From the IMG/VR virus record IMGVR_UViG_3300042569_002502: a DNA stretch of 48,552 nt, one strand, 5' to 3'. Source of the DNA: a virus (Duplodnaviria > Heunggongvirae > Uroviricota > Caudoviricetes). Shown piece after piece: positions 16,575 through 25,839 of the stretch; position 1 is the stretch's first letter; the number at the start of each line of letters is the position of its first letter. The position numbers and the translations under genes are program-made. Under the pieces are notes generated by a model. It saw only the letters and a program-made list of their open reading frames with translations. It searched no databases and was not told the origin of the DNA.

Positions 16575-16828
16575 TGGACAGTGTATCAATAGAAGTGGAA
16601 ATACTTCCAGAAATTCCTGTAACATTTACAGGAGAACCAGAATTCCATGATGATAGTTTTACCCATGAATTTGGTACAGAAGTGATTAAATACTGGTGCG
16701 TAGATAAGTTTACATGGGACAAAGAAGGCCACACAGAAGAAGAAATAACCAAAATTGAAGAGTGGTTAGGGTTCACTTCTAACAAAGATTGGATTTGTGA
16801 AAATTTAACAAATAAAATAAAAAAATGA
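16574..16828 (+). CDS. Acidic hypothetical protein
   Basis: ORF track; TAATG coupling. Confidence 0.7.
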   Translation: MDSVSIEVEILPEIPVTFTGEPEFHDDSFTHEFGTEVIKYWCVDKFTWDKEGHTEEEITKIEEWLGFTSNKDWICENLTNKIKK

Positions 16829-17070
16829 CCAGAGAACTTTATTTAACTTACAGAAATCAAAATAATGCTGCTATCTTATATGAATGGTATAAGGAAAAAT
16901 TTGATTCTGTAAAACATCGTCCATTTTTATCATTCAATGAATTTTTTATATATCTACCTATGTGGGGAGATATAAACAATATTTATCAAAAAATTACACA
17001 AATTTTAGATGAAAAGTTTTCTATTAGAAAACTAATGAATTCAAATGGTGAGATAATAAATTACATATGA
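16825..17070 (+). CDS. Hypothetical protein
   Basis: ORF track; ATGA overlaps. Confidence 0.7.
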   Translation: MTRELYLTYRNQNNAAILYEWYKEKFDSVKHRPFLSFNEFFIYLPMWGDINNIYQKITQILDEKFSIRKLMNSNGEIINYI

Positions 17071-18146
17071 GCAAACAAAATGAAATTCAAGAAAAATTTA
17101 TAACAAAAGGACTTAGTTTTCTAAAAAAGAATAAGAAAGGATATTTCGATCTTGCTATGAGATTTGGTAAATGTCGCACCACTATTGAAATACTTAAAAA
17201 TCTTGTTCCTTCTCGTAGTACAATTCTTATAGCTTATCCAGATAATAAGTTAAAAGCCACTTGGCAATCAGAATGTGAAACATGGGGATATAAGAATCCA
17301 AACATTTTTTATGTAAATTTTAGTTCTCTAAAGAAACATGCTACACATATATTTGATGTATTTGTTATAGATGAATTACACAGTTGCTCAGAAAATGAGA
17401 GAGAATATGCTCATCAAATAATGAATAATTGTGAATATACAATTGGACTTTCGGGCACTATTACAGCAGACACTGCTGAATTATGGGATATGAAGGAAAT
17501 AGCTTCTTACAGTACAGACGATGGTATAAAAGCTGGTATTCTTGCGGATTACAAAATTACAGTGCATGTAGTGAATTTAGATAATAAAATATATACAAAA
17601 GATTCCAAAGGAAAGTCAAAGACAGAGAAACAAAGATATGATGCTTATACATGGGTAATTGAAAAACTAAAAAAAGAAGGAAGAGATTTTATGTTTTTAG
17701 CTTTAACAAGAAACAGACTTTCTCAATCTTCTGTAGGAAAATTACATTATGTTCAAGCTTTATTGGAAAAACTAAAAGACAAAAGAGTCTTGGTATTTAC
17801 AGGACTATCTAAAGCTGCAGATAGTATTGGTATTCCTTCCTATCATACAAAAAGTAAAAATGATGATGCTTTTGTTGCTTTTCAAAATGAAGAGATTAAT
17901 CATTTAGCTTTAGCTGCTATGGGAAAAGTGGGAGTGACATACCCTCATCTTGATTCTGTTATATTAACAAATTTTGTGTATGCAGCTGAGGAAAATGCTC
18001 AGATTTTGAACAGATGTATAAAATTAGATTATCAAGAAAAAGTAGCAGACATGCATGTAATTTGTTTAAATGAACCTGCAGAAATAAAAAAATTAAAAGA
18101 AGGGCTTAGTTTATTAGACTCTTCAAAAATTATTTGGCAGTATTAA
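17067..18146 (+). CDS. SF2 (DExH) helicase-like protein with a degenerate Walker A
   Basis: AMRFGKC, VIDELH, GLSGT and GKVGVTYPHLD motifs. Confidence 0.75.
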   Translation: MSKQNEIQEKFITKGLSFLKKNKKGYFDLAMRFGKCRTTIEILKNLVPSRSTILIAYPDNKLKATWQSECETWGYKNPNIFYVNFSSLKKHATHIFDVFVIDELHSCSENEREYAHQIMNNCEYTIGLSGTITADTAELWDMKEIASYSTDDGIKAGILADYKITVHVVNLDNKIYTKDSKGKSKTEKQRYDAYTWVIEKLKKEGRDFMFLALTRNRLSQSSVGKLHYVQALLEKLKDKRVLVFTGLSKAADSIGIPSYHTKSKNDDAFVAFQNEEINHLALAAMGKVGVTYPHLDSVILTNFVYAAEENAQILNRCIKLDYQEKVADMHVICLNEPAEIKKLKEGLSLLDSSKIIWQY

Positions 18147-18164
18147 ATATTTTACATATATTTG
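18133..18164 (+). promoter_or_regulatory. Bacteroidota sigma70-type promoter for the GIY-YIG gene
   Basis: TTTG (18133)-N20-TATATTTG (18157), matching -33 TTTG and -7 TAnnTTTG. Confidence 0.7.
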
Positions 18165-18182
18165 TGAACAAACTTCTCAAAT

Positions 18183-19160
18183 ATGATTGATAATTACGGA
18201 AAATACTACTTGTATAGACACATAAGACTTGATAAAAACGAACCTTTTTATATAGGAATTGGTACTAAAAAAGAGTCTAAAGCTAAAATAAAATTTAATA
18301 AAAAGTTTCAAAGTATTAAATATATATATGATAGAGCATATTCAAAAATAAGAAAAAGTTCTAAAATTTGGAATTTAATTACAGCAAAAACCGATTATAA
18401 AGTAGAAATCTTGTTAGAGTCAGACAGTCTTTCTTTTATAAAAGAAAAAGAAAAGGAATTTATAGCTTTTTATGGGAGAATTGATAAAAATACAGGAATT
18501 TTAGCTAATATGACAGATGGTGGAGAAGGAATGACTGGAACTTCTAGAAAATTTACAGAAGAACAAAAAATAAAACATAGAAATCATACTTCTTGTAAAA
18601 AAGTAGTAAAATTAGACAGTAACTATGAAATAGTTGAAATTTATCTTAGTTCTAGAGAAGCAAGTAGAAAAAATTTTATTTCTAAAGTATGTGATATTTG
18701 TAATGATAAATGTAAATTAAAAAATGGATTTACTTATAGATATTTAAATGACTACATTTTTTATAAAAATAAAGAAAACTTTTATATTAAAGGAAGTAAG
18801 TACATAATATATGAAAATAAAGAATGGCACATACATGATTTTTGTAAATATATAGCTAACATAAATAAAACTTCTTATGTTAAAATTTATAATAGATTAC
18901 AAAAAGGATTATCAATAGATGAATCTATAAAACTAAATACAAAACTTAAACCTTCTAAATATATTTATATAATAGAAAATGTTAAAACTGGGGAAAAAAC
19001 AAAATTTAAAACAATGATTGAATTGTGTAATGAATTAAAAGAACAGAGACCTACAATATGGTATAGAATAAAAAATAAAACTGTAAAAAATGGGTTTATA
19101 ATAAAGAAAGAAAGTCTTTCAATGTTGGATGAAAACAAAATAAGTTATATCTTTGGTTAA
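18183..19160 (+). mobile_element. Free-standing GIY-YIG homing endonuclease with NUMOD-like C-terminal domains
   Basis: YYLYRHIRLDKNEPFYIGIG…RAY…E..FI..YGR…GILANMTDGGEG. Confidence 0.85.
19125..19155 (+). promoter_or_regulatory. Bacteroidota-type promoter inside the 3' end of the endonuclease gene, serving the AAA ATPase
   Basis: TTG-N20-TATCTTTG (19148-19155). Confidence 0.55.
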
Positions 19161-19182
19161 AACAATTTAAAACAAAATAAAA

Positions 19183-19854
19183 ATGGCAAGCAAATTAATT
19201 GGCATAGTGGGCCAAACAGGAACAGGAAAATCAACATCAATTAAACATTTAAATCCAGAAGAAACTTACATTATTAACGTAGCAAAAAAAGAATTACCTT
19301 TCAAAGGAAGTGAAAAACTGTATAATACAGAAAAAAAGAATTATAAAGAAGTGGACGATGCTATTGAAATTACACGTTTATTAAGAACAATTTCAGAGAA
19401 AGCTACCCACATCAAAAATATTGTGATAGAAGATTCTAATTATATAATGGGTTTTAATATGGTGGCTAAAGCTACAGAAACAGGGTACACTAAATTTAGT
19501 GTTATGGCTAAAGATATGGTGGAATTGTTTAGAGAAGCCAGAAAGCTAAGAGATGATATAAAGGTGTTTTATTTCACTCATCCAGAAACAGTGGAAGATG
19601 GTGGTGATATTATTGGGTATAAAATTAAGACAGCTGGTAAATTGATTGATAATCAAGTGCTATTAGAAGGACTTCTAACAGTGTGTTTATACACATTAGT
19701 AGAAGAAAATAAAGATGGATCAGCCTCTTATTATTTTATAACAAATAGATATAAAAAGTTCCCAGCGAAAAGTCCAGATGGTATGTTTAGTGAATTAAAA
19801 ATTCCTAACAATTTACAAGAAGTGGTAAACAATGTAGACAACTATTATAAATAA
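19183..19854 (+). CDS. AAA/P-loop ATPase (Sak4-like recombination protein)
   Basis: GQTGTGKST; IVIED; FYFTH; lies upstream of an SSB-like gene. Confidence 0.8.
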   Translation: MASKLIGIVGQTGTGKSTSIKHLNPEETYIINVAKKELPFKGSEKLYNTEKKNYKEVDDAIEITRLLRTISEKATHIKNIVIEDSNYIMGFNMVAKATETGYTKFSVMAKDMVELFREARKLRDDIKVFYFTHPETVEDGGDIIGYKIKTAGKLIDNQVLLEGLLTVCLYTLVEENKDGSASYYFITNRYKKFPAKSPDGMFSELKIPNNLQEVVNNVDNYYK

Positions 19855-19874
19855 ACAATTAAAAACAAAACAAA

Positions 19875-20744
19875 ATGAGTACAATTGGCGGAAAAAAGAG
19901 AGAGCAACAAAATTTTGACAGTCCTATTAGAAAGATTGGCCTTGCAGAAATGAAAGTGATAGCTATTAATCCTGATGAGGAAGAGTATAAAGAAGTGTTA
20001 AAAATGGAGCTTAAAGAAGGAAGCAAAGCTACAGAATATTTAGGGGAAAGTCAGGATGGTAATAAAACTCTAAGAGTTGATTTTTGGATGGAAGAAGTGA
20101 AAAGCAAGGATAAATTTAAGGTGACTTTCTTCTTAGAAAATAAAATGAGATGGAATAAAGACAACACTAAACAACAATATATTAATAATTTAGGGTCTTG
20201 TTCTTGGGCTGAAGATGAGAATGAATTACAAGACTGGTTTAAAAAAAGAGAGTATAGACCAGCTTATATAGGAGAAGAAGATCTTTACAACTTCTTACGC
20301 ACTTGGTTAGGAAATTTAGACTATAAAGATGCAGAAACCACTTTACAAATTGAGTGGGCTAAGCTTATGAAAGGTAATGTTAAAGACCTTAAAGCACAAA
20401 TTGACGGAGAATATGCTACAAGTTTCTTAGCTCTATTAACTATCAAAACTGTAGAAAAAGAAGGAGAAACCAAAGAATATCAATCTGTATATAACAGAGC
20501 TTTTCTTCCAGCTTATTTATTAAAGCAATTTAGACTTATAGACTATAACAATTCTGATGTTCAACGTAGTTTAAAATCAAAGCTTTCTAAAGAATTAAAA
20601 CCTGCAGAAAGATTTGTTGTTAATGTTACAGGAGAATATGGTTGTAAAGATTTTTATACATTTAAAGATGCAAAAGAATACAACGCTTCTGAAAATTTAG
20701 TAGCATCAAATGATACTATTTCTGAAGATGATAGTGACTATTAA
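19875..20744 (+). CDS. Putative single-stranded DNA-binding protein
   Basis: Position between the ATPase and the primase; aromatic-rich with an acidic C-terminal tail (SEDDSDY). Confidence 0.6.
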   Translation: MSTIGGKKREQQNFDSPIRKIGLAEMKVIAINPDEEEYKEVLKMELKEGSKATEYLGESQDGNKTLRVDFWMEEVKSKDKFKVTFFLENKMRWNKDNTKQQYINNLGSCSWAEDENELQDWFKKREYRPAYIGEEDLYNFLRTWLGNLDYKDAETTLQIEWAKLMKGNVKDLKAQIDGEYATSFLALLTIKTVEKEGETKEYQSVYNRAFLPAYLLKQFRLIDYNNSDVQRSLKSKLSKELKPAERFVVNVTGEYGCKDFYTFKDAKEYNASENLVASNDTISEDDSDY

Positions 20745-20767
20745 TCCCCCTGTTTTTTGATTTAGAT

Positions 20768-20800
20768 AAAAGCCCCAATAGAAATATTGGGGCTTTTTTA
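20768..20800. terminator. Intrinsic terminator, possibly bidirectional
   Basis: AAAAGCCCCAATA-GAAA-TATTGGGGCTTTTTT. Confidence 0.85.
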
Positions 20801-20813
20801 TTAAGTTTGTAGT

Positions 20814-21818
20814 ATGATACATGGAAGAAAAAAATTAAAATTAACCCCAGAAACAGTGTTATCTAAAATCACTCCATATGATATATTTATGTATTATATG
20901 CCTAGTAAGAATTGGAAATTAAATAGTGTCACTTATTCCCCTTTTAGACAAGAAAATCATCCTTCTTTTTTAATAGGAAATAAGAATGGAGATCTTTCTT
21001 TTATAGACTTTGCAGATACAGGTAAAAGAGGTGATTGTTTCCAATTTGTGAAGCTTATGTACAATTTGTTTTCTATAGATGAGGTGTTAAAAATGATAGA
21101 TAAAGATTTTTCTTTGGGAATATCAACAGGAACCTTTTCAGAAGACTATAAGAAAATAACTTCCCAATATAAACAACCAGAAGAATTAGGTAAAAGGTAT
21201 TCTTTAATACAAGTGATTACTGGAAAGTTTACAAAAGAAGAACTGGCATACTGGAATCAATATCACCAGGATATACAAGATCTTAGAGATAATAACATTT
21301 ATTCTGTTAAAAAAGTGTATTTAAACAAACAATTGTTCTATTTAGACGATAACCAACTAAGATTTGGTTATTATTATGACGGAAATTGGAAAATATATTC
21401 ACCTTTTGCAGATAAAAAGAAAAAATGGGTGCCCAATAATGTACCTATTAATACATTAGAAGGAAAAGATAATATCAAAGATTGTGATGTGGCTCTAATT
21501 TCTAAGAGTAAAAAAGATCTCATGGTGTTAAAAAAAGTGTTTCCTTGCGTATGCGCTGTTCAAAATGAAGGAATTGCTTGTTTTTCTGAGGAAAATGTAC
21601 AGTTTTTAAAAGATAATTCTAATAAACAGATTTTGTCTTTTGATAGTGACATTACAGGTGTAACAAACAGTCAACAGATAACAAAATTATTTGATTTTGA
21701 CTATTGTAATGTTCCTAAGGAATATTTAAAAGAAGGTATTAAAGATTTCGCAGATCTTGGAAAAATACACGGATTAAAAACAATTGAAAATTATTTAAAA
21801 CAAAAACAATTATTATGA
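20814..21818 (+). CDS. DNA primase (TOPRIM) with a degenerate zinc-binding N-terminus
   Basis: SPFRQENHPSF…DF..G..GD.FQFV; SKSKKD; QNEG; SFDSD..G; IKDFAD. Confidence 0.8.
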   Translation: MIHGRKKLKLTPETVLSKITPYDIFMYYMPSKNWKLNSVTYSPFRQENHPSFLIGNKNGDLSFIDFADTGKRGDCFQFVKLMYNLFSIDEVLKMIDKDFSLGISTGTFSEDYKKITSQYKQPEELGKRYSLIQVITGKFTKEELAYWNQYHQDIQDLRDNNIYSVKKVYLNKQLFYLDDNQLRFGYYYDGNWKIYSPFADKKKKWVPNNVPINTLEGKDNIKDCDVALISKSKKDLMVLKKVFPCVCAVQNEGIACFSEENVQFLKDNSNKQILSFDSDITGVTNSQQITKLFDFDYCNVPKEYLKEGIKDFADLGKIHGLKTIENYLKQKQLL

Positions 21819-21991
21819 AAAATGAAATGAGAAAATGGGCAATGGATAGAATAAAAGAACACCCACAATACAACCAAGAGATTACAGATTTATGGAATTT
21901 ATGTATGAGTGAGATTGAAGAAGGAGGATCTGAATCCCACGAATTAGAGTTATTTAGAAACGATGTTGAAGAACTAATAAAACAAAATTAA
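21815..21991 (+). CDS. 58-aa hypothetical protein, not in the ORF track
   Basis: Hand translation MKNEMRKWAMDRIKEHPQY…EELIKQN. Confidence 0.65.
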   Translation: MKNEMRKWAMDRIKEHPQYNQEITDLWNLCMSEIEEGGSESHELELFRNDVEELIKQN

Positions 21992-21992
21992 T

Positions 21993-22196
21993 ATGACACA
22001 GAAGCAATTAGTAGAAACAATTCAAGAAAATATTGAGTGGTTAAGTACAACAGAAGGAAATGAGGTAGAATGTATAGGAATAGAGAATTTAGAAAGTATT
22101 TTAAGTAAGTATTTAGGAAAAAAGGTGCGTATTAGTTTAGACGCAGAAACAATTGTAGAAAAGGAAAGTAGATTTAAACAATTAGAATTATTTTAA
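21993..22196 (+). CDS. Hypothetical protein
   Basis: ORF track. Confidence 0.7.
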   Translation: MTQKQLVETIQENIEWLSTTEGNEVECIGIENLESILSKYLGKKVRISLDAETIVEKESRFKQLELF

Positions 22197-22197
22197 T

Positions 22198-22914
22198 ATG
22201 GAATGGAGTAAATTTTCACATCATTTTCATCCCTCTTGGGAGCATAAAATCAGACCATTTATAGAGAGTGAGGAATGTAACAACATATATAAATTTTTAA
22301 AATCTGAGTCACAAAAAGGAAAAAAATTAGCTCCTATTTCTACAGATACATATAAAGTTTTTCAACTAACACCTTTAAATGAGGTGGTAGCTATAGTGCT
22401 TGGTATGTGTCCCTACCACACTACTAAAAATAATATGATAGTGGCAGATGGACTTGCTTTAGGATGTTCTAATACAAAAGAATTACAACCTTCTTTGGAG
22501 CAATTTTATAATGCCATTGAAAAGGATGTTTATGGAGGAATGTGTTTAGAGGGGTTTAAATCTTTCGATGTTTCCTTTCTATCCAAACAAGGAGTGTTAA
22601 TGTTAAATGCTGCTTTAACTACAGAAATAGGAAAAGCTGGGGCACATATGGATATTTGGACTCCTTTCACTACATATTTATTTAAAAATATATTTAATTA
22701 TATGGATGTGCCTATAATAATGTTAGGTAAAGAAGCTCAAAAATATGGACAATACATCACTAACCAGGAGATGTTATTTCCACTATCTCATCCAGCTTCA
22801 GCATCCTATAAAAAAACAGATTGGGATTCAGAAGGAGTTTTTAAAAAAGTGACAGAAATAGTTAAAAATACAAATGGAAACAACCTCGATTGGTGGGAAA
22901 TGTGTCCATTTTAA
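22198..22914 (+). CDS. ung: Family-1 uracil-DNA glycosylase-like protein with a variant catalytic loop
   Basis: LGMCPYH (compare GQDPYH); ADGLAL; PSL..FY; QGVLMLN.ALT; H…W; GKEAQ; SHPAS. Confidence 0.85.
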   Translation: MEWSKFSHHFHPSWEHKIRPFIESEECNNIYKFLKSESQKGKKLAPISTDTYKVFQLTPLNEVVAIVLGMCPYHTTKNNMIVADGLALGCSNTKELQPSLEQFYNAIEKDVYGGMCLEGFKSFDVSFLSKQGVLMLNAALTTEIGKAGAHMDIWTPFTTYLFKNIFNYMDVPIIMLGKEAQKYGQYITNQEMLFPLSHPASASYKKTDWDSEGVFKKVTEIVKNTNGNNLDWWEMCPF

Positions 22915-22926
22915 AAATCAAAAATT

Positions 22927-23253
22927 ATGGAATTACAAATAATAGAAGTGAAAGACTTAGAAGTGGGAGATGAAATAATCATCTCTTGCCAGTCTTATTT
23001 TAAGTATTTAAAAATACTTAGAAAACCTACTTTAAGTGGAAAAACCCACTGGAGTAGAGGAGTTCCTTTGTATAAAGCTGTAAAATGCTCTACACGTAGA
23101 GAAGAAAAAGATATAACTTGGAGAACACATCTTGGTCAAACAATCACTCGAACAGAGAGAACCTGGGGATTTGGCCCAGAAAATCATAACTATACCCAGT
23201 ATATAGATTTAGAATACAGACAAATGATATTAATAAAGAAAAACACACAATAA
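22927..23253 (+). CDS. Hypothetical protein
   Basis: ORF track. Confidence 0.7.
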   Translation: MELQIIEVKDLEVGDEIIISCQSYFKYLKILRKPTLSGKTHWSRGVPLYKAVKCSTRREEKDITWRTHLGQTITRTERTWGFGPENHNYTQYIDLEYRQMILIKKNTQ

Positions 23254-23256
23254 AAC

Positions 23257-25554
23257 ATGATACTAGAAAAACAAACAGACGCAACAATCCTATCAGAAGG
23301 AAATTCTCAAGATTCAATTGGGATGAGCCTAGACTTAGATTCTGCACAAATGTTGATGCAGATGTTAAGTAAGAATTTATATTCAGATGGTATAGGAAGT
23401 ACAATTAGAGAAACAGCCAGTAATGCATTAGATTCACATAGAAGAGCTGGTATTGATAAACCAATTGTTGTTAGCTTTAAACAAAATAATCAAGGAAATT
23501 ATGAATTCTCTGTAGAAGATTTTGGTGCAGGCCTAGATGATGATGATGTTAAAAACATTATTAGTAAATATGGTAAATCCACTAAAAGAACACAAGCTAA
23601 TGAATTGGGAATGTTCGGATTGGGCTTTAAGAGTCCTTTAGCTTATTCTTCTTCATTTTATTTTGTTTGTAGGAAGAACGGAGTGGAAAGAAAATATATG
23701 ATGTATGAAGGAGAAGAAATTAACACTATAGATCTTCTTTATGAAACTCCTACAGAAGAATGTAATGGTGTAAAAGTGATTGTTCCTGTTAATTATAGAG
23801 ACAGACATGATTTTGTAACGAAAATTAAAGAACAATTGGCTTATTTTGAAAATGTTTATTTTAATGTAGACGGGATTTCTAACGATTTCACTATATTTAG
23901 AGGGGAACATTTTCAATTTTCTGAACTTTGTACAGATAAAAAACTCCATATTTGCTTAGACAATGTCTACTACCCAGTTGATTTTTCAAAACTTGGAATA
24001 GAGTCTATTTGGTTCCCTGTTGCATTGAGATTTGGTCTTTCTGATGGAATATTTCCTATTCCTAATAGAGAGGCTATAAAAATGACAAAAGAGGCTAAAG
24101 AAGCTATTTTAAATAAAATAACACTTGTAGCAGACTATTTTGTTAGCAAATATAATCAAAACATTGAGGATGGGGATGATATTAGAGCTGTTTTTAATTA
24201 TTTTGATTCTAATTATAGGTATGTAAAAGGATTCAAAGAAGGAAACAGTCTGGATATTAAAGACCTAAAAATGTTTTCAAACATTTCTCTTAAAGCTCCT
24301 AAATTAAAGAATATAAATTTATTAGATTTACGAGATTTATATCATAATAGAACTCATTTAACATCAGAATATGAGAAAAAATATCAACTATCTAGAGGAG
24401 TATTTAGAGAGTGTAAGAGGTATTGGGATATGAATTTTAACTATTCAGATTTCTTATATAAAAAATGTTTCTTCTTTTCAGACAGAATAAGTGGTGTTAA
24501 AAAGGACTATTTAAAAGCTACATTTAAAGGAGCAGAACTCTTCTTTATAAAGAAAGTGGGAAGCTATCAGCTTGGTAAAATGAATAGAGCTAATGACTAT
24601 AGCAAATATTATATAGATCTTTTAACATTAAGAAAACATCCAAAATCTGAATGGAGAGCACGCATCAAAGAATTTCAATATATCATGTCCCTCATCACTG
24701 CAAATGTGGTAGATCTAGATGCTTTTGAAATTCCACAAGACTGGCTAGACAATCGTAAAAAAGAAAAAGATGCTTTAAAAATAAAAATTCCTTCTTTAGG
24801 AAGAAAAACTCGCTTAGAAGGAGAAATTGTTGGTAAAAGGGCAGAAAAACTAGAAAGATTTGTTAATGGTAAGAATTCTAAATTGGTCCCAATAACATAC
24901 AAATTAGAAAATTTGCATAAGCAAAAAGGAATGATTGTTTATGGAAATAATCAAGATGCTGAGAAAATAGATAAATTATATTCTGTTTTTCCAAAAAAAG
25001 TGTCTTTTGTAGTGTTTTCTGATAGAGAACTTAAGCTTTTGGAAAATGTGAACATACATAATTTAATACCATTAAACAAGTTTATGGAAGGGAAAAATAA
25101 ACCATTTAAAAGAATTGTAACAGCTTATTTAATTAATAGTTTTATTAGTGAGAATAGAAGTATTTTCAGTAAAAAACAAAGACTTGAGGATGTTTCTATA
25201 GATCTTTATTCTAAAGTGAGAATGCTAGAAGATTACAAAGATAAACATTTTCAAAGAGGGTCAGATGAAATATACAAAGCTATGTTTGAAGTGGCTATAC
25301 AAAATAATTTATTTGATACAGAAGTGTTTGTTATTTACAAAGAAGTAAAAGCTGTTTTTGCAAAACTTCCTTTCTTAAAGCCTCTATTTATTGAAATGAG
25401 TGGGTATTCTAATCAAGAGGGGATGCATTTAGTTTTATGCGATCTTTTCAAATATTACAAACAAAAAATAGATTGGAAAAACTACAAATTAGTGTTAAAT
25501 GAAGAACCTACAGACCTTACAGAGACAATTGTAGAAGATTTAGTGGAAAATTAA
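23257..25554 (+). CDS. rIIA: rIIA-like protein with an N-terminal GHKL/HSP90-like ATPase domain
   Basis: LYSD….IRETASNALD; EDFGAGL; YGKSTK; GMFGLGFKSPLAY; NGVKVIVP; pairs with the rIIB-like gene. Confidence 0.8.
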   Translation: MILEKQTDATILSEGNSQDSIGMSLDLDSAQMLMQMLSKNLYSDGIGSTIRETASNALDSHRRAGIDKPIVVSFKQNNQGNYEFSVEDFGAGLDDDDVKNIISKYGKSTKRTQANELGMFGLGFKSPLAYSSSFYFVCRKNGVERKYMMYEGEEINTIDLLYETPTEECNGVKVIVPVNYRDRHDFVTKIKEQLAYFENVYFNVDGISNDFTIFRGEHFQFSELCTDKKLHICLDNVYYPVDFSKLGIESIWFPVALRFGLSDGIFPIPNREAIKMTKEAKEAILNKITLVADYFVSKYNQNIEDGDDIRAVFNYFDSNYRYVKGFKEGNSLDIKDLKMFSNISLKAPKLKNINLLDLRDLYHNRTHLTSEYEKKYQLSRGVFRECKRYWDMNFNYSDFLYKKCFFFSDRISGVKKDYLKATFKGAELFFIKKVGSYQLGKMNRANDYSKYYIDLLTLRKHPKSEWRARIKEFQYIMSLITANVVDLDAFEIPQDWLDNRKKEKDALKIKIPSLGRKTRLEGEIVGKRAEKLERFVNGKNSKLVPITYKLENLHKQKGMIVYGNNQDAEKIDKLYSVFPKKVSFVVFSDRELKLLENVNIHNLIPLNKFMEGKNKPFKRIVTAYLINSFISENRSIFSKKQRLEDVSIDLYSKVRMLEDYKDKHFQRGSDEIYKAMFEVAIQNNLFDTEVFVIYKEVKAVFAKLPFLKPLFIEMSGYSNQEGMHLVLCDLFKYYKQKIDWKNYKLVLNEEPTDLTETIVEDLVEN

Positions 25555-25560
25555 ATAATA

Positions 25561-25585
25561 AAAGGGGGATAAATTTCCCCCTTTT
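25561..25585. terminator. Hairpin or terminator
   Basis: AAAGGGGGA-TAAATT-TCCCCCTTT. Confidence 0.7.
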
Positions 25586-25596
25586 AATGTATATTT

Positions 25597-25827
25597 ATGA
25601 TTACAAATTTAGAGCTTTTTAAACATGTAATATATTATATGTTAGGCAATATGCCTGAGTTAGAGATGGAAGATTTTAAAATAATGTGGCAGGCTCTAGC
25701 ACATAAATGGAATATCTACATTCCTGAAGAAAAATGGAATGATTTTTTAGAGAAAATTAATAATAGTGAAATTTATAATAATTATGTAAATTTTACTGAA
25801 ATTTTTAACAATTATTTTTACAATTAA
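25597..25827 (+). CDS. Hypothetical protein between rIIA and rIIB
   Basis: ORF track. Confidence 0.6.
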   Translation: MITNLELFKHVIYYMLGNMPELEMEDFKIMWQALAHKWNIYIPEEKWNDFLEKINNSEIYNNYVNFTEIFNNYFYN

Positions 25828-25839
25828 AAAACAAAAAAC

